Assembly (NCBI GenBank): GCA_045638385.1
Contig: JAZUBI010000127.1
Coordinates: forward strand, 6,074 to 70,073
Reading direction: 5' to 3'
DNA from: Eubacteriales bacterium
GTDB lineage: Bacteria > Bacillota > Clostridia > Oscillospirales > CAG-272
Length of the DNA stretch: 64,000 nt
Shown here: positions 58,157 through 64,000 of the stretch, in pieces
Layout: every line of letters starts with the position of its first letter
Numbering within the stretch: the first letter of the stretch is position 1
Notes under the pieces: model-generated
Database searches by the model: none
Seen by the model: the letters and a program-made list of their open reading frames with translations, nothing else
Told to the model about the DNA's origin: nothing
Program-made: the position numbers and the translations under genes

Positions 58157-58185
58157 TTGACAATAATAAATTGCCATGTTATAAT
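58157..58185 (+). promoter_or_regulatory. consensus sigma-A promoter reading toward the AraC-family gene
   Basis: TTGACA-N17-TATAAT with a TGn extended -10, about 95 nt upstream of ATG 58279. Confidence 0.55.
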
Positions 58186-58186
58186 T

Positions 58187-58214
58187 ATTATAGCACTTTT
58201 TTATACAATTTCAA
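58187..58214 (-). promoter_or_regulatory. sigma-A-type promoter reading toward uxuA
   Basis: The minus strand reads TTGAAA-N16-TATAAT, back-to-back with the plus-strand promoter. Confidence 0.4.
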
Positions 58215-58278
58215 TGGACAATTGATAATAATTAGAATAATTTTAGCACAATATTAGGATAAGGAACAAAAAAGCATC

Positions 58279-59016
58279 ATGATTGGAGAAATTACCTATT
58301 TTTCGCACAATAAATTTGCTACTCAAAAGCAAATTGAGCGTCACGAGATCAAATTCAATGAATTGACCTTCCTCTTCTCGGGAGAAATGACATATTACAT
58401 CAACGATACAAAATTTGTTATTACAAGCGGAGATATTATATATCTTCCATCCGGAAGCATAAGACAGCGTGAGATCGGGGACACATTAAACGACTATTTA
58501 AGCATAAATTTCCACACCGACAAGCCCCTTGAATTCGATACGATAATCCGCAACTGTATCAACAACGAGGTTAAGCTTTTGCTCAATTACTTTGAGACTG
58601 CATATTCTTCCCCCTCCACCGACACGCAGACCAAGCTTCGCTTAGCGCTCGAAACGCTTGTCATGCAGATCACAGACAATCTTTACGACAGCTATACGTC
58701 CCCTTTATCTGCAGAAATAATCTCATTTATTTCGAGTCACTACACAAAGAAGATAACGCTGAACGACATTTCCCAAGCGACATTCTATTCTGCGGCATAC
58801 TGCGAAAATGAATTCAAGAAAAACACCGGAAAATCAATTATAAATTATCTTATAGACGTAAGGATCAACGCCGCGAAAAAGCTTTTGGCAGAAAGCTCAA
58901 TGTCTTGTGCAAGAATTGCCGCGGCCGTTGGATTTGACGATGCAAACTATTTTTCAAGAATCTTTAAGAAAAGAACAGGATATTCCCCTCTTAAATACAG
59001 AGATTTCACCGGTTAA
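58279..59016 (+). CDS. AraC family transcriptional regulator
   Basis: N-terminal cupin-like sensor plus a C-terminal double HTH (ARIAAAVGFDDANYFSRIFKKRTGYSP). Confidence 0.85.
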   Translation: MIGEITYFSHNKFATQKQIERHEIKFNELTFLFSGEMTYYINDTKFVITSGDIIYLPSGSIRQREIGDTLNDYLSINFHTDKPLEFDTIIRNCINNEVKLLLNYFETAYSSPSTDTQTKLRLALETLVMQITDNLYDSYTSPLSAEIISFISSHYTKKITLNDISQATFYSAAYCENEFKKNTGKSIINYLIDVRINAAKKLLAESSMSCARIAAAVGFDDANYFSRIFKKRTGYSPLKYRDFTG

Positions 59017-59124
59017 TTCAGCAACTTTTGTCCTAATTATTTTCTGATTTGTCTTGAAGAATCTTTAATTTAGCTTTATAATTATAGTAATCGGTAGTAT
59101 TTCTACCTTCAGGAGGAAAAGCAC

Positions 59125-59871
59125 ATGTCAAATAAATTGAATATTGTAATATGGAACGAATACAGACACGAGAAATCAGATGAGAGCATCTCTGCGATCT
59201 ATCCCAAAGGAATTCACGGCGCAATAAAGGATTTTCTCAGCGATGACGAAAATCTTGACATCACCCTTGCATCTCTTGACGATCCCGATCAGGGAATCTC
59301 GGACGAGCTTTTGAATAAGACCGATATTCTCTTCTGGTGGGGACACATGGCTCACAATGAGGTTAACGACGCCCTGGTGGAAAAGATACGACAGCGAGTT
59401 TATGCCGGCAAGATGGGTCTTATCGTGCTTCATTCCGGCCATCATTCAAAGATCTTCAAAAACATAATAGGTACTACCGGTAATCTTTCCTGGGGACGAA
59501 ATCAAAAGGAAATAATCTGGAATCTCATGCCTGCGCATCCTATTGCGGCAGGTATTCCCGATCACTTTATTATTGAAGAGGAAGAGCTTTACTGCGAGCC
59601 CTTCTATATTCCCCAGCCCGATTCACTTGTATTTGGCGGATGGTATGAGGACGGATACATCTTCAGAAGCGGATGCTGTTTCCTTCGCGGCGCGGGCAAA
59701 ATTTTCTACTTCCAGCCCGGACACGAATCATGCCGCTCATTCTACAATCCTTACGTTCAAAAGATAATCAAAAACGCTATACAGTGGGCAAAGCCTGCTG
59801 AAATCGGGTACAACATAATTAACGGTTGCCCTCAAATTCTTACAAAAGCAACCGATGAGTTTGATAAGTAA
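59125..59871 (+). CDS. ThuA domain protein
   Basis: 248-aa ORF with a ThuA-like glutamine-amidotransferase-like fold pattern (ILFWWGH, LIVLHSGHHS). Confidence 0.75.
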   Translation: MSNKLNIVIWNEYRHEKSDESISAIYPKGIHGAIKDFLSDDENLDITLASLDDPDQGISDELLNKTDILFWWGHMAHNEVNDALVEKIRQRVYAGKMGLIVLHSGHHSKIFKNIIGTTGNLSWGRNQKEIIWNLMPAHPIAAGIPDHFIIEEEELYCEPFYIPQPDSLVFGGWYEDGYIFRSGCCFLRGAGKIFYFQPGHESCRSFYNPYVQKIIKNAIQWAKPAEIGYNIINGCPQILTKATDEFDK

Positions 59872-59878
59872 AAATTTT

Positions 59879-59909
59879 GGCGAAAGCGCACTGCGCTTTC
59901 GCCATTTTT
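59879..59909. terminator. bidirectional intrinsic terminator
   Basis: GGCGAAAGCGC-ACT-GCGCTTTCGCC with AAAATTTT before and ATTTTT after, between convergent genes. Confidence 0.8.
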
Positions 59910-59910
59910 C

Positions 59911-60744
59911 TTAGCTACCGCAACCGCATTTTCCGCCTTCTCTTTCGTGATGATGCGGGTGACCCTGCGCACATCCGAATTCAGATACGGGAAATGCCAT
60001 GGAACGGAATACACTGCAAGGATCATCGTTTGAGGGCGATATACACTCCTTGTCAGGAATAATATACTCTGTCGCGTTTATGACATACTGAGCGGGACGA
60101 ACTATTCTTATAATTGAGAAAATACCGATCGAAACTGCAAGATATCTTCTGTCTTCATCATCATAAGGAAGCTTGCCTGAGATACATTCCAACACACTTT
60201 CGGGTATATCGCATGCACAGCAGTAACAGCAGCATTCATTGCGATTCTCAAGAATATTTACGCCAAGCACAATAGGCTCAACGGTCTCAACAACCGCAAC
60301 AGGCAGGTTCTCCTCTTTTTTGCAAGGCTCCGGATATGCGCAGAAATCCGAAAAGTCACCGTTGCTTCTGAAGACGTTGGCATTGCACTCGCCACCGTAA
60401 AGGATAACCTTTTTCTCAAGAACAGCAATTCCGTCAAACTCCTGCGAACGTCCGTTGCCCACGCAAGCCTCAAATGTGAGCTTGATATAAAACTTGATGC
60501 TTACCGCATAAAAGCCTCTGTTAAACTGCACGGGATCAAGCGCGATATTCGCCTGCTTGATATGCGCGCTTTTTACTCTTACCGCGTTTGTGTGTTCAAT
60601 TATTTCTCTTCCGCATTCGGTCAGAAAGACCTTTACATTTTCATAACAGTCGCGGTCTCTGCATGAGTCAAGTATTCTGTTGGCTTCTATACACACAGTC
60701 TCCTTGCCTATACCGGGGCCGCACGCAAATCTGTTATCCTGCAT
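59911..60744 (-). CDS. cysteine-rich hypothetical protein with His-rich/CGCG C-terminus
   Basis: The start is placed at ATG 60744 (GGGGGA 7 nt upstream). The 277-aa product has about 21 Cys by eye, including NECCCYCCAC, and a C-terminal GHPHHHEREGGKCGCGS. No family was recognised. Confidence 0.6.
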   Translation of the reverse strand: MQDNRFACGPGIGKETVCIEANRILDSCRDRDCYENVKVFLTECGREIIEHTNAVRVKSAHIKQANIALDPVQFNRGFYAVSIKFYIKLTFEACVGNGRSQEFDGIAVLEKKVILYGGECNANVFRSNGDFSDFCAYPEPCKKEENLPVAVVETVEPIVLGVNILENRNECCCYCCACDIPESVLECISGKLPYDDEDRRYLAVSIGIFSIIRIVRPAQYVINATEYIIPDKECISPSNDDPCSVFRSMAFPVSEFGCAQGHPHHHEREGGKCGCGS

Positions 60745-60830
60745 AAAAAATTCCCCCATATGTTTGAAATATAGAAAGCAGAATAGCTTTCTCAATACCA
60801 TATTATGTCGAATTATAGAAACTGTTACGG

Positions 60831-60866
60831 GAAAAGATAAAACCCGAGGGAATTTTATCCCTCGGG
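60831..60866 (-). terminator. intrinsic terminator after the GH2 gene
   Basis: The minus strand reads CCCGAGGGA-TAAAAT-TCCCTCGGG followed by TTTTATCTTTT. Confidence 0.7.
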
Positions 60867-60874
60867 CTCTCTTA

Positions 60875-63625
60875 TTATTTTTTTACTGTAACGGATGTCT
60901 TGTCATTAGGATTGATTGCAAAATTGGTGTTTGCTTCAGCCCGAGCAACCTTTCCGTATACAAAGCTTTCAAGCTCCGATTCGCTATATCCGATCTTGGG
61001 ATCGAACTCATCGCTGTTAACATATTCGATAACTCGGTTTTTAAGCCACTGCGCTCCGGGATCATTATCATTGAACACAAAGGAGCAGATGAACATCTTA
61101 CCGCCAAGAGAGTTAAACTCGAACATAGCCGCCTGCTTTACAAAGCACTTATGCGCCGCCACTATCTCGATTATGGGATCAAACTCCATCTTGTTGTCCG
61201 CAAAGCATACCGCGCTTCCCTGTTCGATAAGCTGACGGAACTGCCATGAGCAGAAGCCCTCGTGAGGAAGATCGCGCGTGATCGGGTGATCGTTAATAAC
61301 AGTAGCAAGATTACCCGCGGTACGTCCCGCAAGCGCAATCTGGAACTGTGTCTTATTAGCAACAAAGGGAGTGTTTTCTCCTAAGAGAAGCAGCTTTTTG
61401 CCATCCTTAAGATATGTTTTTATGTCTTCCAAGGCGGTTTGACTGTCGATGAAAATAACGTCATCATCGGCCTTTGCAGGCGATGTCTTCGGGAATGAAT
61501 AGATTTCCCACTCATTCTCTGTAAAGGTTGCGCCGCCGTCGAGAGTTGCGTAAATCTTATACGCGTGGGGCTTGTCCGACTTGGGAAGATCAAAGCTGCA
61601 ATCTGTAAGCTTCTGTACCTCGCCGCACTTGACAGCTTCAATGCAGAAGGACTTGCGGTCAATTACCTTTCCGTTTTCGAGAAGCTTTACACACAAGGAT
61701 GCGTTTGTAAGATCATCATCCTCATAGTGTGCGCATGAGATCTTAAAGTTGACCTTGCTTCCGCATTCAAAGTTTACGTTCAATCCCAGATCAGTTACTA
61801 AGATCGAGGGGGAGTTATACATCAGCACGTTTCTCACCGACTCTCCGGGCTTAAGCTCGTAAAACTCGTTCATCATTCCAACGTCGTATCCAAACGTATG
61901 CCAATGAGTGTCAATAGGACCTAAGAAATCATATCCCGCAAGACATTTTGAGGTACGGGTGGTCTCGAACGTATACTTTCTTACTCTTCTCTGCCACTCT
62001 GACGAGTTGCGGAAATAGAGAGGAACTCTGTCTATCACTCCGGCATCGCTCAGATGTCGCTCAAGAGAGCTGAACATATCGGTCTTGCCTATCCTTGTGT
62101 TTCTGTATCTGTCCTTCAATGAAAGATCCGTAAAAGTACCGCTTATACAAATCTCGTGCGAAAGACGGGGCTTGCCGTAAACATCACTCCAGCTGTCTAT
62201 CTCATCGGGATCACAATTCAACGAAGCATAGCTGTTTCTGTTGAGCGTATAACTGTTGTATACATCGCAGAATTCGTTGGCGATCTTAAAGCGGCGGGGA
62301 TTGTGCTTAAAGGGCTCAAGGAGCATATCCTTGTCATCCTCAGCACGGAACGCATACTCAAAGCCGCGCAACGCACTCATGGGTGAGAACAAGGAGTCTG
62401 TTCTTGTATGAATATCGTTCGCTATCTTTCTCATGTGCTCAAGATAGCGGTCGTGTATATAGACCTCGTTTCCGCAGGAATACATAACCACGGAGGTATG
62501 CTTTCTGCCAAGATCGATAATATACTTCCATTCATCAAAGCTTGTGTTGTTCGGGCTCTCTATCTCGAAAAGTATACCAAGCTCGTCAGCCGCCTGAAGA
62601 TATTCCTCGTCGGGAACAAAGGTATGGCAACGGATAAAGTTAAATCCGAATGACTTAAGCTTTTTAATTACATCACGGTAGAAATCAAGATCGTGATTGG
62701 GATGAACGGTTATCGGGAAATAGCAATGCTCACATATTCCGCGAAGATAATACGGCTTGCCGTTATACTTAAGGTGAACTCCGTCAACAACAAGTCTTCT
62801 GACGCCAAATTTCTGCTCGATGCTACCGCCCTCGCATTCAACAACAAGAGTGTAAAGCTTCGGAGATTCAGGGCTCCAGAGCTCAAGGCCCTCTGTTTCA
62901 AAGCTGAAATCGCCCGATGCAATTCCCTCCTTGATCACCTTTTCGCCGTCAAGCACATACCAATTACTGTTGATTGAATCAACCGATTCTACATTGACAT
63001 TCGCGATCTTGCAATCCTCAGATATAACTACCGATATCTCTCTCAAAGGACAGCTGTACACACGGAGCTCAATATCTCCGGTAATTCCACCGGTGCCCTC
63101 GTTGGCAGCTCTCGATGTAAGTCCCGAAACAGGTTGTCCCTCAAATCCTTCAAGTCTGTGGTTGGATACAGAGAGAACTATATTGTTCTCGCCGTCATGG
63201 ATAAGTCCATTTGGAATATCGAAATCAAAGGGAGCGCTGTATCCCTCGTGTCTGCCAAGGTATACGTCATTTACCCATACGGAAACCGCGTTCTGCACTC
63301 CAACGAAATGAAGAGCGCAGGGATCGGTGATATTCTCACAGTTAAAGGTTCTCTTATAGAAGAAGTTACCTATGACATTGGGAAGCGCCATATCGGGCGG
63401 CAATGCAGTCATGGGATACTGCTGAATACCGTATTCGGGATTCATTCTGAGCTTATGATAGAAATCGGTGAATGTAAAGAAATCGGTCATGTCTTCCCAG
63501 TAACCGGGGACAGCATTCTGAATAAGATTGGTCTTATTCGTCCAGGGATTTTCACTGCCGAGATATTTCTCGGCAGTATAATCCATCAACCACGCACCGT
63601 TAAGTGAAAAGGCTGTGTAATTCAT
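60875..63625 (-). CDS. glycoside hydrolase family 2 protein
   Basis: 916-aa ORF with sugar-binding and Ig-like N-terminal domains, then a TIM barrel with acid/base context (VVMYSCGNEVY) and FNFIRCHT. Confidence 0.75.
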   Translation of the reverse strand: MNYTAFSLNGAWLMDYTAEKYLGSENPWTNKTNLIQNAVPGYWEDMTDFFTFTDFYHKLRMNPEYGIQQYPMTALPPDMALPNVIGNFFYKRTFNCENITDPCALHFVGVQNAVSVWVNDVYLGRHEGYSAPFDFDIPNGLIHDGENNIVLSVSNHRLEGFEGQPVSGLTSRAANEGTGGITGDIELRVYSCPLREISVVISEDCKIANVNVESVDSINSNWYVLDGEKVIKEGIASGDFSFETEGLELWSPESPKLYTLVVECEGGSIEQKFGVRRLVVDGVHLKYNGKPYYLRGICEHCYFPITVHPNHDLDFYRDVIKKLKSFGFNFIRCHTFVPDEEYLQAADELGILFEIESPNNTSFDEWKYIIDLGRKHTSVVMYSCGNEVYIHDRYLEHMRKIANDIHTRTDSLFSPMSALRGFEYAFRAEDDKDMLLEPFKHNPRRFKIANEFCDVYNSYTLNRNSYASLNCDPDEIDSWSDVYGKPRLSHEICISGTFTDLSLKDRYRNTRIGKTDMFSSLERHLSDAGVIDRVPLYFRNSSEWQRRVRKYTFETTRTSKCLAGYDFLGPIDTHWHTFGYDVGMMNEFYELKPGESVRNVLMYNSPSILVTDLGLNVNFECGSKVNFKISCAHYEDDDLTNASLCVKLLENGKVIDRKSFCIEAVKCGEVQKLTDCSFDLPKSDKPHAYKIYATLDGGATFTENEWEIYSFPKTSPAKADDDVIFIDSQTALEDIKTYLKDGKKLLLLGENTPFVANKTQFQIALAGRTAGNLATVINDHPITRDLPHEGFCSWQFRQLIEQGSAVCFADNKMEFDPIIEIVAAHKCFVKQAAMFEFNSLGGKMFICSFVFNDNDPGAQWLKNRVIEYVNSDEFDPKIGYSESELESFVYGKVARAEANTNFAINPNDKTSVTVKK

Positions 63626-63652
63626 ACTTTTTTCTCCCTTGAAAACAGTATA

Positions 63653-64000
63653 TTAGAAATCAAAATAGTTCTTTGCGTTGTAATAGCAAACTCCCTCTGC
63701 GATCTTCTTGAGCGCTTCCATATCGCGAGGATATTCGCCATCCTCTACCCACTTACCGAGAAGGTTACAAAGTATGCGACGGAAATATTCGTGACGAGTA
63801 TAAGAAACGAAGCTACGGCTGTCAGTAAGCATTCCGACAAATCGGGAGATCATTCCGAGATTTGCGAGTGCTCTCATCTGGCTCTCCATACCGTCTCTCT
63901 GATCGTTGAACCACCAACCCGATCCGAACTGGATCTTTCCGGGGATTCCACCACCCTGGAAGTTACCGAGCATTGTACCGAGAACGTAGTTGTCCTTGGG
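63653..64000 (-). CDS. uxaC: glucuronate isomerase (C-terminal part; gene continues beyond window end)
   Basis: [14 protein letters not shown] ... MLTDSRSF ... RHEYFRR matches the UxaC C-terminus. The frame stays open to nt 64000. Confidence 0.85.
   Translation of the reverse strand, partial: PKDNYVLGTMLGNFQGGGIPGKIQFGSGWWFNDQRDGMESQMRALANLGMISRFVGMLTDSRSFVSYTRHEYFRRILCNLLGKWVEDGEYPRDMEALKKIAEGVCYYNAKNYFDF

Overview
This 64-kb window looks like core chromosome from a low-GC, endospore-forming Firmicute (Clostridia-like). Sporulation markers are dpaA/dpaB, spoIIID, whiA and PdaA/PdaB-like deacetylases. Coding density is very high.

Positions 1-51.8 kb carry mostly housekeeping genes: hslO, prs, prfA, tsaC/sua5, coaE, murB, whiA, dnaE, htpG, ispE, comEC, a class A PBP, rlmB and proC. 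Positions 52-64 kb hold a sugar-acid/glycoside catabolic locus: two tandem Gfo/Idh/MocA oxidoreductases, two xylose-isomerase-like TIM-barrel proteins, an SDR, uxuA, an AraC regulator, ThuA, a GH2 enzyme and partial uxaC.

I recognised no rRNA, tRNA, CRISPR array, transposase, integrase, phage gene or classic defence gene. I did not find a clear novel multi-gene system.

The most unusual objects are:
- A 997-aa protein (42726-45719) that reads as a catalytically dead P1B-type ATPase scaffold fused to a ~400-aa polyacidic tail. It sits in a tight minus-strand unit with rlmB and the TIGR03960/TIGR03936 radical-SAM pair.
- An orphan protein (59911-60744) with about 21 Cys and a His-rich C-terminus.
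- A truncated prephenate-dehydratase/ACT-like protein between htpG and a TSCPD protein.
- A ~280-nt structured non-coding spacer after spoIIID.

Several starts were moved relative to the ORF track on the basis of Shine-Dalgarno placement. All family calls come from by-eye motif recognition, not database searches.
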